The notes below the pieces were generated by a model, which searched no databases, was not told the origin of the DNA, and was given only the letters and a program-made list of their open reading frames with translations. From a bacterium (GTDB lineage Bacteria; Vulcanimicrobiota; Xenobia; Xenobiales; Xenobiaceae), in the NCBI GenBank assembly GCA_030535355.1, contig JAUNIO010000002.1, positions 8,781-72,780 of the forward strand: 64,000 nucleotides of DNA, in the 5' to 3' direction. This document shows positions 37,192 through 47,756 of the stretch, piece by piece; position 1 is the stretch's first letter; the number at the start of each line of letters is the position of its first letter. Both the position numbers and the translations under genes were made by a program.

Positions 37192-38892
37192 ATGAATTCC
37201 GACAGCACCAAACAGCCAACGCCTGCCTCTGAAACCGTTTCGGCTTCTGAAAAAACGAGCAAAAAATTTTCCTGGCCTTTGTTCTGCAAGCAAATGCTAA
37301 TAGCTTGCTTATTGGGAATGTTTCTCGGCCTCATACTCTCCCATCCCCTGCATTATGCTGCGGATAAAGTCGAAGAGCATCTGACAGATCGCCGCGAAAG
37401 GGAAACATACGGACGCGTCCTGCCCGAAGAAATGCGCACTATTGAGATCTCTTACCAATTACTGCGCAACAATTTCTATCGGGCCATTGACTCGCAGGAC
37501 CTGCTGAACGGCGCTCTAGTGAGCATTAATATCGCCTGTGAAAACGCCCAAGATAAAAAGGCGAAAAAGACCGAGAAGCCGAGCGATAAAAAGAACGGTA
37601 CTCAGACTAAATCTACTTTAAATCCCTCTCCCTCTCCCTCAGTTTCCCCTGCTTCCAGCGCGACTTCGTCTTCCAATATTTCTCCCAGTCCTTCTCCCAC
37701 CCCCTCCAGATCAGCCGTGCAAACCTATCAAGAATACGCCAAGCTGACAGCTGAAGCTCTGCGCACTGCCAAGACAAAAATAATCTATCCTTTGTTAGAC
37801 GCCCAAGACCTAAGCGAAGACGAACTGCTGAAACAGTTCACCCAAACCGTGCTCAAAGCGATGGATGATGGGATTATCAGCAAAGATAAAATATGCTATA
37901 GCGCTTTATGCGGCATGACTATCGCCACAGCCGATCCCTACAGCACGGCTTTAGATAAAGATGAGACCCGTGAACTCAACGAAGATTTAGGCAATGAAGA
38001 TTTCTGCGGTATTGGCGTTTATATTGAAGCCGATATGCGCAGCAACAAACAGCTGACCGTTATTGAGCCTATTGACGGCAGCCCAGCCGCCCAAGCCGGC
38101 CTGCAGACCGGCGATCGCATCACCAGTATAGACGGGCGGCCTACCAAAGACATGAGTTTAGAATTGGCCGCGAAAGCTATCCGCGGGCCCGAAGGCAGCA
38201 AAGTTAAGTTAACCATTGCCCGTTCCCAAAGCCAAGAATTCACCGTAGAAATCGAACGGAAAAAAGTCGGCAAGAAGAGCGTAACCTCAAAAATGCTTCC
38301 GCAGACAGTAGGCTATGTCCGTCTGCGCTATTTTGGCCGCGATACGGGCAAAGACTGCCGCGAAGCGCTGCTGGCGCTGCTCGAAAAGAAACCCAAAGCT
38401 ATCGTTCTCGATCTGCGCAATAACCCCGGCGGTTCTGTAGAGGAAGCGATAATAGTGGCCTCGCAGTTTTTGCCAAAAGACCAGCTGATAACCAGCGTAG
38501 AGACCCCGCGCACGGGACGCCATGACGTTTACAAAGCTATAGGAGAACCGATTCCCCCGCTGCCACTGGCAGTGCTGATCAACGAATATTCCGCCAGCGC
38601 TTCGGAAATTGTGGCAGGGGCTATCAAAGACCATCGCCGCGGGGTTTTAGTAGGCGAGACCACATTCGGTAAAGGCAGTGTGCAGCTGCTGCGCAAGGTA
38701 GGATGTGATATGTCCCTCAAATTCACCATCGCCCATTACCTCACCCCTAACCTCCGCGATATTCACATGAAGGGCATAGAACCCGACTTTATTTGCGAAG
38801 CTCCTTTTTCCAACCGCTTAGGAGACAGCGACGACCAACAGCTGCAGGCAGCGCTAAAACAGCTTGAGCAGCTGAAGCGCGATAAACAGTAA
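37192..38892 (+). CDS. Second S41 peptidase paralog (PDZ + S41) with an N-terminal TM helix and a Ser/Pro-rich linker.
   Basis: DLRNNPGGSVEEA, EYSASASEIVAGA and TFGKGSVQ support the S41 call. It is paralogous to the upstream gene. Confidence 0.75.
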   Translation: MNSDSTKQPTPASETVSASEKTSKKFSWPLFCKQMLIACLLGMFLGLILSHPLHYAADKVEEHLTDRRERETYGRVLPEEMRTIEISYQLLRNNFYRAIDSQDLLNGALVSINIACENAQDKKAKKTEKPSDKKNGTQTKSTLNPSPSPSVSPASSATSSSNISPSPSPTPSRSAVQTYQEYAKLTAEALRTAKTKIIYPLLDAQDLSEDELLKQFTQTVLKAMDDGIISKDKICYSALCGMTIATADPYSTALDKDETRELNEDLGNEDFCGIGVYIEADMRSNKQLTVIEPIDGSPAAQAGLQTGDRITSIDGRPTKDMSLELAAKAIRGPEGSKVKLTIARSQSQEFTVEIERKKVGKKSVTSKMLPQTVGYVRLRYFGRDTGKDCREALLALLEKKPKAIVLDLRNNPGGSVEEAIIVASQFLPKDQLITSVETPRTGRHDVYKAIGEPIPPLPLAVLINEYSASASEIVAGAIKDHRRGVLVGETTFGKGSVQLLRKVGCDMSLKFTIAHYLTPNLRDIHMKGIEPDFICEAPFSNRLGDSDDQQLQAALKQLEQLKRDKQ

Positions 38893-38900
38893 CCACAATC

Positions 38901-40862
38901 ATGGACACGCCAAATTCAGTAGAATATTCAGTTCAAGATTCAGCCCTGCTGGAAACGGCGGGATTGACTCACCCGGCTTTGGCGGAAAAACTGCGCGGCC
39001 TGCCCCATAAACCTGGCGTCTATCTGATGCTGGACCGCAAGCAGCGCATTATTTACGTGGGAAAATCATCCAATCTCAAGAACCGCGTCAGTTCCTATTT
39101 CCAAAGCGGTACGCAAATTTCACCGCGCATCCGCTGGATGGTCAGCTTAGTCGATAATTTTGAAACAATCGTCGTCGATTCCGAAATGGAAGCCTTGCTG
39201 CTAGAGAACAATTTAATTAAGCAGCACCGGCCTTTTTTCAATGTGCTCCTGCGGGATGACAAAAATTATCCCATGCTAGAGATGTCGCTAAGCGAGCCAT
39301 TCCCCAGACTGCGCTTGGTGCGCCGGGCCCGTCATCCCCGCAATCGCTATTTCGGCCCCTACACCAGCGCCAAAGCTTTGCACCACGTGCGCAAAGTCGT
39401 GCAAAAAGCCTTTCATCTGCGCACCTGTACCCACAAGCTGGATAAACCGCTCAAAGCCCCCTGCCTAAACTATCATATACATCTCTGCGACGCTCCCTGC
39501 ACAGCCAAAATCAGTCAGGAAGAATATCGCGAGCAGGTGCGCGGCGCTATTGATTTTTTAGAAGGCCGCACAGCTCACGTGATCAAACGCCTGCAGGAGG
39601 AGATGAATCGCGAAGCCGAATGCTGGAATTACGAACGCTGTGCGCAGCTGCGCGATCTCATCGCCTATTTAGAGCACATTTATTCCGAACAGAAGGTCAT
39701 GCTGCCTCAGGCAGTCGATGAAGATTATATAGCCGTCGCCGGAGACAATTTCCAAAGCTGTGCTATAGTGTGGCAGATTCGCCAAGGCAAACTCTTAGGC
39801 CAGCACAGCTTTGTGCTCAATTCCCAGCTCGATAGCGGCCTGCCCGACACCTACCGCGCCTTTATTCTGCAGTTTTACGATAAAGGACAGCGCCCCCCGC
39901 AGCGCATTATAGTGGGTACTCTGCCCAGCGAATCCGAGCAGATAGCTCAGTGGCTAAGCGACAGGCGCGGCCGCTCCGTACGCCTTACGTCGGAACAGCG
40001 CGGCCTGCGCCAGCGCATCCTGCACATGGCCTTAAACAATGCCCAAGAGCATCTGCGCCAGGAACTTAACTCGCCCTCCCAGCCTCTGGTGCGCAGACAG
40101 GCCCTCAGCGATCTGCGCGAAGCCTTGGGACTCACAGGCTATCCCTGGCGCATGGAATGCTACGACATTTCTAATACGCAGGGCAAACAGCCTGTAGCCT
40201 CAATGGTGGTATTTGAGCAAGGCCTTCCCCGCCGCGCTCATTATAGGCATTTTCGCATCCAAGGCCTGGATACGCCCAACGATTTTGCTATGATGAAGCA
40301 GACTTTGCAGCGCAGATTTGCGCATCTTTTTCCCGATGCCAAAGAAGAAATCCAGCCGCTGGGCACAGGCAAGCGCTGGCAGCGGCTGCGCGGCAAAGCC
40401 GCTGTCAGCAGCGAAAGCCTGGAGACCATCCCCGATCTGCTCATCATCGACGGCGGTAAGGGGCAATTGGGCGTAGCTGTTGAAGTTTTGGAGCAGTACG
40501 GCTTATTAGGTACGGTCGCCGTGGCTGGATTGGCCAAACAAAACGAAGAACTGTATCTGCCCGGTCAGTCTTTCCCGGTAACTCTGGACACCAATTCCCC
40601 AGCTTATCTTCTGGTCACGCATATTCGGGACGAAGCGCACCGTTTCGCGATCACTTTTCACCGCCAGCTGCGGCAAAAGACCATACGCTCTTCAGCCTTA
40701 AACGAGATCAAAGGGCTGAGCGAAACTAAAAAGATCGATCTGCTCAATGCTTTTCAAAGCCTTAAGAAACTTCAGGAAGCTTCGGTAGAAGAGCTGCGGC
40801 GCGTTCCTGGGATTGGCGCTATCCTGGCCCAACGTATATATTCATTATTGCATCATGATTAG
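38901..40862 (+). CDS. uvrC: Excinuclease ABC subunit C.
   Basis: It has an N-terminal GIY-YIG domain (GVYLMLDRKQRIIYVGKSSNLKNRVSSYF), UvrBC, RNaseH-like and HhH domains. 653 aa. Confidence 0.9.
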   Translation: MDTPNSVEYSVQDSALLETAGLTHPALAEKLRGLPHKPGVYLMLDRKQRIIYVGKSSNLKNRVSSYFQSGTQISPRIRWMVSLVDNFETIVVDSEMEALLLENNLIKQHRPFFNVLLRDDKNYPMLEMSLSEPFPRLRLVRRARHPRNRYFGPYTSAKALHHVRKVVQKAFHLRTCTHKLDKPLKAPCLNYHIHLCDAPCTAKISQEEYREQVRGAIDFLEGRTAHVIKRLQEEMNREAECWNYERCAQLRDLIAYLEHIYSEQKVMLPQAVDEDYIAVAGDNFQSCAIVWQIRQGKLLGQHSFVLNSQLDSGLPDTYRAFILQFYDKGQRPPQRIIVGTLPSESEQIAQWLSDRRGRSVRLTSEQRGLRQRILHMALNNAQEHLRQELNSPSQPLVRRQALSDLREALGLTGYPWRMECYDISNTQGKQPVASMVVFEQGLPRRAHYRHFRIQGLDTPNDFAMMKQTLQRRFAHLFPDAKEEIQPLGTGKRWQRLRGKAAVSSESLETIPDLLIIDGGKGQLGVAVEVLEQYGLLGTVAVAGLAKQNEELYLPGQSFPVTLDTNSPAYLLVTHIRDEAHRFAITFHRQLRQKTIRSSALNEIKGLSETKKIDLLNAFQSLKKLQEASVEELRRVPGIGAILAQRIYSLLHHD

Positions 40863-40886
40863 TTATTCAAGGGTACACTCATAACC

Positions 40887-43217
40887 ATGACAAAACAGAT
40901 ACCGATCTCCTTAAAAGAATTATTGCTGGCGGCTATTTTATGTATAATTAGTATTGTAATCATTTTCTATCCGGCTGTATTTCAAGGACATCTGATATAC
41001 CAAATTGCCGAAGCGGGTTCCGATTCACTCGATCTCAATATTACACGGAGGTATTTGGCTGCACAATCTATACTAAAATACGGTGAGATTCCTCTATGGG
41101 AACCTAGAATAGGCTGCGGGGTTCCGCTGCTCGCCGAAAGTGAAGCTGGCATATTTCATCCGACCTTTTTGCTTTTCTTTCTAAATAATCTTACTCTAGC
41201 AAACAATCTCACCATTTTTTCTGCCATTTTAATAGCCATGCTGGGAAGCTATTACTGGTGCAGATGCTTACAGCTAGATCCCCTTCCGTCAGCAGTATCA
41301 GCTTTCGCCTATGGATTAGGCGAAACATTTCTGCTGAGAACTTCAGCCTTAAATATCATACACGTTTTATGTTGGCTTCCCCTCAGTTTGGCTCTAATCT
41401 ACTTGGCAATACAAACCAGCAAGAAACGGTATTCTTTATTATTAACAATCGTTTGGACACTGCAGCTCTTAGCCAGTCACTTCAACATGGCAGCAATATG
41501 TTTGATTTGCTGCTGCATCTACACTGTTATTCTAATAGTGTATAATATGCTTCAGCACCATACTCATCCTTATAAAGTAACCGTCATCAGGCTACTCTTA
41601 GCCTTATTTTTCGCCTTTTCGCTGAGCCTAATTCAAATATTGCCGACACATGAATTTACACAGCATTCAATTCGCAGAGAGACAAAGACATATGAAGCTT
41701 ATAATAAAGTATGCAACTCCTCTCTAACCTGTAATATGTTAGCAATATTTATCAATCCTTTTTATCGGTCATGCCCAAGTACATTAACGAATTCCATGAC
41801 TAACGACAAAATGGGGTTATATGCACACGATACTTTTCAATATATAGGTTTACTGCCTTTTATTCTCTGCTTTAACACCTTTGCTAAAAAAAGACGCCCC
41901 ATAGCAATAAGCCTATGGATTTTAGTGTTCTTTTTCTTCATCACATCCCTCGGGCCGCGTTACGGAATTTACTATTTATTATTTAATTACTGCCCTTATT
42001 TTAGTTCTTTTAATAACCCTGGACGTTTCGCCGTTCCTATGATGTGTACCATGGCTATTTTAGCTGCTATAGGAGCGCAAAACTTATATGATTTAATTAA
42101 GCTGCGTTTTAACAATCGTCTATCTAAGGTATTGTTGTCAGCTATCATAATCATTACTCTATTTGATTTAGGCTATGTCAATTCTCAAATTCAAGGTTAT
42201 CTTCCCGCCAATTGGAGCCGCCGGCCTGAGTTCCTAAATGGTATCAACAATTATCAGCGCATATATTCCCCTTATAATTTTTTAGCTTGGCAAATCGATA
42301 TATTGTCTATAGACAAAAAGCATTATCTGCAAACAGCAGCTTTCCATCACCGCGACCTCTTAAGTCCTGGTATGGCTCCTTTATGGGATGTTTACGCTCC
42401 CGATGATTACTTATTGTACGGGCTTGGTATTGTCGCTGATGAAGCCGCAACACGGCAAATAGCCTTATACAGTCTTATGCACCACATTATCCCTCTAGAT
42501 ATTATCAACGGCATAACCCTAAGTTTGCCAGTCAACAGCAATACAATACGGCAGCTCAACGATTGGCTGCGCATATTAAGCATCACTCATATAATAACTC
42601 CAATGCCATTGTCAGAGAACTATTCTAAATCTCTGTTCAAAGACATTAAACGCATTGCCTTGTCTGATTCCCCTAATAACTATGTATTTATATACACTAT
42701 AGCTAACCCCATAAATAAAATTAGGCTGGTACCAAAACTTCAATCTAAGCTACCAGAAAATGCTTTAAATTTAGAAGAAATTATACAAAACGGCAGCAGC
42801 CATAACCGCGAAAGCCTTATCTCCATCTTTGACCAACGTTCTTATGAACCTGATTTTTCCTCTCCGGCCAATATAGGAAAAACTGATATAGTTCTTTGCA
42901 CAAACAACAAGATTAAAGTCAGCACATCTTGTGATATAAACGCACATTTAGTTATAAGCAATACCTACGACCCAAATTGGCAGGCATCTATAGACGGCCA
43001 CCCCACTAAAATTAGGCTTACAAACCTCTTTATGCAAAGCATAGATATACCGTCAGGCCGCCATACTGTTGAACTGCAATACATTTCGCCGGCATTTCAG
43101 CTGGGTTTGCGAATCAGCATGATTGCCCTTGTGCTTTTTTCTCTTTATGCTTTTGTGCCAAACTGCCGAATTAAGTATTCACGTTTATTACGCAGGAAAA
43201 CGCGTGCTGAACTCTAA
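40887..43217 (+). CDS. Large polytopic membrane protein, YfhO-like (GT-C-type glycosyltransferase-like), with a C-terminal extracytoplasmic domain. Low GC (~40%).
   Basis: 776 aa with at least 12 hydrophobic helices in the N-terminal 450 aa, then a soluble C-terminal region. Its composition is strongly AT-shifted relative to its neighbours. Confidence 0.55.
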   Translation: MTKQIPISLKELLLAAILCIISIVIIFYPAVFQGHLIYQIAEAGSDSLDLNITRRYLAAQSILKYGEIPLWEPRIGCGVPLLAESEAGIFHPTFLLFFLNNLTLANNLTIFSAILIAMLGSYYWCRCLQLDPLPSAVSAFAYGLGETFLLRTSALNIIHVLCWLPLSLALIYLAIQTSKKRYSLLLTIVWTLQLLASHFNMAAICLICCCIYTVILIVYNMLQHHTHPYKVTVIRLLLALFFAFSLSLIQILPTHEFTQHSIRRETKTYEAYNKVCNSSLTCNMLAIFINPFYRSCPSTLTNSMTNDKMGLYAHDTFQYIGLLPFILCFNTFAKKRRPIAISLWILVFFFFITSLGPRYGIYYLLFNYCPYFSSFNNPGRFAVPMMCTMAILAAIGAQNLYDLIKLRFNNRLSKVLLSAIIIITLFDLGYVNSQIQGYLPANWSRRPEFLNGINNYQRIYSPYNFLAWQIDILSIDKKHYLQTAAFHHRDLLSPGMAPLWDVYAPDDYLLYGLGIVADEAATRQIALYSLMHHIIPLDIINGITLSLPVNSNTIRQLNDWLRILSITHIITPMPLSENYSKSLFKDIKRIALSDSPNNYVFIYTIANPINKIRLVPKLQSKLPENALNLEEIIQNGSSHNRESLISIFDQRSYEPDFSSPANIGKTDIVLCTNNKIKVSTSCDINAHLVISNTYDPNWQASIDGHPTKIRLTNLFMQSIDIPSGRHTVELQYISPAFQLGLRISMIALVLFSLYAFVPNCRIKYSRLLRRKTRAEL

Positions 43218-43269
43218 CTAGAGGCCGAATCTAATCTTATTTTAGCATTTAATTTTTAGGAATAACAAT

Positions 43270-44658
43270 ATGTTTATTACTCCCAAACTATGCCGCAGCC
43301 TCACCCAAGAGACCTATCGTTTCAGAGGGGCGCGCAATATCCTCATCATAGGATCGCATCCTATGATAACCAGCCGTCTGCTCAAACATCTGCGCGATGA
43401 AGACACCCTGCTCATCTGCGAGCCGCACAATGATGCGTTCCTTAAAATGCGGCGCAAACTCGCCAAAAGACGCTTAAAAAAGAAAAAATGCCGCGTTAAG
43501 CTTTACAACATGCACCCCTGGGAACTGGAGCAAAAGCCTAGATTTAATTCCATTATTTTAACCCAGGACCTCTCCCCCCTGAGCGATGACGCCATAGTGC
43601 ACATTATGGAATCCTGTCAGGCCCTGCTTCTGCCCGGCGGCTGTCTGAGCTGCTGCGAACGGGCTTTTGCCCGGCGCATTCGACGCTTCAGCCTAGCTAA
43701 CGGCAAATTCATCCGCAGCCAGAAAAACATAGACGCTTTAGACCACTACGTGGATTCATTCCAGAATTATAAAGAGACCGTCTGGAATGCGGTTTTTCCC
43801 ATTTGGGTACACAACCTGCAGTTCACCCCTCAGCGCAGCTCTATGGCTAAAGACCTGCAGCCTTCAGAAGAGCGCTATTCTTTCTATATAAGCAAATTAA
43901 AGGTCTCCAAAGACGTACTCAAATTCATACCCTGGCTAGCCGCTTCTTCCGCGCTATTGAAAAAGCTCAAAGCTTCGTTCTGGTATTTGCCCCTGATTAT
44001 TATGAGCTTTATTATCGCCTTTTTCCGCGATCCTAAACGCTCAATTCAAGCCCAGCCAGACGAAGTTCTTTCGGCCTGCGACGGCGAAGTCATGGATGTT
44101 TCCACCGTTAGTGAGCCCTGTATGGGGCCTACCCCCTGGCTGCGCATTTCCGCTTTCCTCTCCATAACCAATGTTCACATCAACCGTTCTCCCGTAGCCG
44201 GAAAAGTTCTGGAGCAGTTCGAAGTCGAAGGGCGCCACGTCGTAGCCAACAAGTACCGCGCCGTGCATAACCATTCTTGTTACACCGTTATAGAAACGGA
44301 TTACGGCCAAGTTGTGGTCGCCCAAAGAGTCGGTTTGCTGGCCCGCCGTATCTTCAACTGGGTGGGCCGTGGCGAATTAGTGGCCCAAGGCGAACGTTAC
44401 GGTTTGATCCGCTTAGGTTCCCGCACCGATATTTATCTGCCCATGGAACGCTATTCCATTCTGGTAAAACCAGGGGACAAACTCGTAGCTGGACGCACGG
44501 TTGTCGCTAAACGCCTATATACTCCAGAGCAGTTAGCAGAAAATGCTCAGCAGCGCCAGGCCGAGATCAATGCCCTCTTGGAAACCGCTCCTCTCACAGC
44601 TGAGAGCGAAGACGGCGATCCCCACCACATGGTTATGCGAGAAACTGAAGAAGACTAG
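43270..44658 (+). CDS. Fusion protein. The N-terminal domain is a degenerate Rossmann / SAM-methyltransferase-like fold. The C-terminal domain is phosphatidylserine-decarboxylase-like (pyruvoyl-type; LGSRTD cleavage-site-like motif).
   Basis: The C-terminus has FFRDPKRS...SPVAGKV...GLIRLGSRTDIYLP, typical of the PSD family. The N-terminus has IIGSHPM and LLLPGG motif-I/III-like segments. Confidence 0.55.
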   Translation: MFITPKLCRSLTQETYRFRGARNILIIGSHPMITSRLLKHLRDEDTLLICEPHNDAFLKMRRKLAKRRLKKKKCRVKLYNMHPWELEQKPRFNSIILTQDLSPLSDDAIVHIMESCQALLLPGGCLSCCERAFARRIRRFSLANGKFIRSQKNIDALDHYVDSFQNYKETVWNAVFPIWVHNLQFTPQRSSMAKDLQPSEERYSFYISKLKVSKDVLKFIPWLAASSALLKKLKASFWYLPLIIMSFIIAFFRDPKRSIQAQPDEVLSACDGEVMDVSTVSEPCMGPTPWLRISAFLSITNVHINRSPVAGKVLEQFEVEGRHVVANKYRAVHNHSCYTVIETDYGQVVVAQRVGLLARRIFNWVGRGELVAQGERYGLIRLGSRTDIYLPMERYSILVKPGDKLVAGRTVVAKRLYTPEQLAENAQQRQAEINALLETAPLTAESEDGDPHHMVMRETEED

Positions 44659-44681
44659 AAGATTAGGAGAATAGTTAGATT

Positions 44682-45872
44682 ATGTCACTAGATGCCGCCG
44701 CGTGCTGCAGCGCTTTTAATTTGACTTTCCCGCAGCTCTGCGAAGTGCGCGATGCTCTGTGTGAACGCATCCAAGAGGGACTCAGCTGTGAAGGCGCTGA
44801 GATACAGGCATTGCCGGCCTATTTACCCCTGCCCCAAAAAAAGCTAAACGGCACAGCGCTGGTAATCGACATAGGCGGGACCAATATGCGCGCTGCTCTA
44901 GTTGAGTTACGCGACGGAACCCCTCGCATAAAGACAGGCCCTGTGCAGGGACAAGTTGCAACAGGCCGTGATTTTCCCGTCAGCGCTCAGGAATTCTTCC
45001 GTTCTCAGGCCGAGCTGGCGGCACAGCTGTCTCCGCCTGCAGGAATACCTGTAGGTTACTGTTTCTCTTATCCGGCCCATATTACTCCAGACGTAGATGC
45101 TAAACTCTTAGCCTGGACTAAAGGCATTAATATCCCAGATGTGGTGGGCACATCTGTGGGGGCCGGTTTGCGGCGGGCTTTAAAGGAACAGGGCATACAG
45201 CCAGGCCGTTTAATCGTGCTCAACGATACTGTAGCTACTCTTTTAGCCGGCACTGGAGCTTTTGCCGGCGACTATGACCGCTTTATCGGCCTCATTGCCG
45301 GCACGGGCATCAATATGGCTGGATTTCTGCCTTCCGCGCTCATCGGCAAACTGAACAAACAGGTATATCAAGCCCCAGAAATCGCCATTAACTTGGAGTC
45401 CGGTAATTTTAAGCCGCCTTTTGCGACCAAATGGGACGATATGCTAGACCAAGCCTCGGACAACCCCGGCAGACAGCGTTTCGAAAAAGCCTGTTCCGGC
45501 TATTACGTACCTTTCCTATATCAGACTGCCGCCCGCGATATCGGCCTGGACATCGGCAATTTTAATCCCATACAGGGAACCGGGCCTTTAGTGACATTGG
45601 CCTTGGAAGACCATGATGAATTGGCCCTGGCTTTGCTCAAGCGTTCCGGACGGCTAATTGCAGCGACAATTGCAGGTTTCATGAAAGCTATGGGAGCGGG
45701 CAATTTTGCAGTAGTCGCCGAAGGAAGCCGCTATTGGAAAGACCCCACACAGGCCCCGCTGGTTCACGAACTGCTGAGCCAGCTCATCCAGCCGGATCAA
45801 AAATTCACTATCAGCGCTGTAGAAAATGCCAACTTCATAGGATCGGCCTGCGCCGTCCTCGGTTTAGAGTAA
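44682..45872 (+). CDS. Hexokinase-family sugar kinase.
   Basis: It has the hexokinase-type phosphate-1 motif (LVIDIGGTNMRAALVEL) and lacks the ROK Cys cluster. 396 aa. Confidence 0.6.
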   Translation: MSLDAAACCSAFNLTFPQLCEVRDALCERIQEGLSCEGAEIQALPAYLPLPQKKLNGTALVIDIGGTNMRAALVELRDGTPRIKTGPVQGQVATGRDFPVSAQEFFRSQAELAAQLSPPAGIPVGYCFSYPAHITPDVDAKLLAWTKGINIPDVVGTSVGAGLRRALKEQGIQPGRLIVLNDTVATLLAGTGAFAGDYDRFIGLIAGTGINMAGFLPSALIGKLNKQVYQAPEIAINLESGNFKPPFATKWDDMLDQASDNPGRQRFEKACSGYYVPFLYQTAARDIGLDIGNFNPIQGTGPLVTLALEDHDELALALLKRSGRLIAATIAGFMKAMGAGNFAVVAEGSRYWKDPTQAPLVHELLSQLIQPDQKFTISAVENANFIGSACAVLGLE

Positions 45873-46054
45873 GCTCCATTTTCCCAGTGCGCCGTATTAA
45901 GTTTGCTACACTTCCAGCTTAACGCCTCATTTATGGGGCGTGCCGGACAGCGGTTACCGTTTTCTCGGATGCTGCGCCTTCCATAGCGCAGCACCAAGGG
46001 GGAATGGACGACTAGCTGCGATCTTCCTACATTAATATAGAGAGGAAATCGCCT

Positions 46055-47608
46055 ATGAATCGTCAGCAGCGTCGCCTATCTGAAGGCGCTCTTTACAATG
46101 ATATGTACCAGTTCACTATGGCCCAGCTCTATTTTAGAGCCGGCCTGCACGAACTGCCCTCGCACTTCGACCACTTCTTTCGGAAATATCCCAACTACGG
46201 AGAGCATCAGGCCGGTTACTGCATTAACGCTGGCATCGGCTGGCTGATGGACTGGATGAAAGATTTCCGCTTTGAAGACGAAGATATAGCCTGTCTGCGC
46301 AGTGAGCTCGGCCCTGACGGCAAACAGGTATTCGGAGAAGATTTTTTAGCTTGGCTGCAGCGCGAAGGCAACTTTGAAAGTTTAACGGTACAGTCCATGG
46401 GTGAAGGACGCGTCGTCCATCCCAACACCCCCATAACCAGCGTCGTAGGCCCTCTGGCTATGGCCCAAATATTAGAGACCCCCCTGCTCAATGCCCTAAA
46501 TTTTCAAACCTTAATCGCTACCAAAGCCGCCCGCGTGCGCCATAGCGTCAAGAGCAGCTTGCTCATGGAATTCGGCATGCGCCGCGCTCATGGCCTGGGA
46601 GCCAATCAAGGCTGCCGCGCCGCTTTAATCGGGGGATGCGATTTTACTTCTAATGTTGGCCTATCCTACGCCATGGGTTTGTCTCCCAAAGGCACTCACT
46701 CCCATGCTATGGTACAGACCTATTTAGCCCTGGGCAAAAGCGAAGAAGAAGCTTTCCAAGCTTATGCCGACATGTACCCCACCAACTGCCTTTTGTTAGT
46801 AGATACCATCGACACTCTAGGAAGCGGCATACCCAACGCAATTAAAGTGTTTGAAAGACTGCGGCAGCGCGGCTATAAACCGGTGGGCATCCGCATGGAC
46901 TCCGGCGATTTGGCCTATTTAGCTATTCAGGCTGCCCGCATGTTAGACGAAGCTGGGTTCCCAGATACCTGCATAACGCTATCCAACGATCTCGACGAAT
47001 TGACGATTTGGCAAATTCACGCGCAGATTATGGAAGAAGCTGCCCGCAGCGGTGTAAATCCCGAGAATCTGATCCGGCGTCTGACCTACGGAGTAGGCAC
47101 TCGCTTAATCACTTCCAGCGGCCAGTCTTCGTTAGGCGGAGTCTATAAGCTGGTGGCTGTCAAGCCGCAGCAGGAATGGGTTCCAGCCATTAAACTCTCC
47201 AACTCGATAGCCAAAGTTCCCAATCCTGGGCATAAATTAGCTTGGAGAATTTATGACAAGCGCGAACGCGCCACCGCCGATTTAATAGGTTTAGCCGACG
47301 AAAAACTGGACGAGCCCTGTCTCATTCTGCACCATCCCACGGAAAAAGGCCTATGCCGCCGCATTCCTCAGAGCAACATCAGCCGTATTGAACCTCTGCT
47401 AAAAACCGTATGGGATCAGGGCACAATTAAGTACAGCCCCAGTTTAGAAGAGATCCGCGCCCAGCGCGTATCCGATCTTGAAGCTCTGGACACCGGCGTT
47501 CTGCGCCTGCGCAACCCCCATATTTATCACGTGTCTTTGACCACCAAACTGCTTAAGCTAAAGCAAGAGCTCATCGCCAAATTTACCGGCGAACGCCAAG
47601 AGCAGTAG
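46055..47608 (+). CDS. pncB: Nicotinate phosphoribosyltransferase.
   Basis: It has NAPRTase family motifs (YQFTMAQLYF, GMRRAHG, GTHSHAMVQ). 517 aa. Confidence 0.8.
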   Translation: MNRQQRRLSEGALYNDMYQFTMAQLYFRAGLHELPSHFDHFFRKYPNYGEHQAGYCINAGIGWLMDWMKDFRFEDEDIACLRSELGPDGKQVFGEDFLAWLQREGNFESLTVQSMGEGRVVHPNTPITSVVGPLAMAQILETPLLNALNFQTLIATKAARVRHSVKSSLLMEFGMRRAHGLGANQGCRAALIGGCDFTSNVGLSYAMGLSPKGTHSHAMVQTYLALGKSEEEAFQAYADMYPTNCLLLVDTIDTLGSGIPNAIKVFERLRQRGYKPVGIRMDSGDLAYLAIQAARMLDEAGFPDTCITLSNDLDELTIWQIHAQIMEEAARSGVNPENLIRRLTYGVGTRLITSSGQSSLGGVYKLVAVKPQQEWVPAIKLSNSIAKVPNPGHKLAWRIYDKRERATADLIGLADEKLDEPCLILHHPTEKGLCRRIPQSNISRIEPLLKTVWDQGTIKYSPSLEEIRAQRVSDLEALDTGVLRLRNPHIYHVSLTTKLLKLKQELIAKFTGERQEQ

Positions 47609-47756
47609 CTTAGAGCACTTTAGTATTATTCAGAGCTTCCCTAGTTTTGGCGCACATGTTTGCGCCTGCGTCGGCTTCTGCGGCAGGAACATGCGGATCG
47701 TTTCGGTCTCATACTCACTCCCGCAGAAGCGGCAATACACAAAAAAGGTGGTATAT

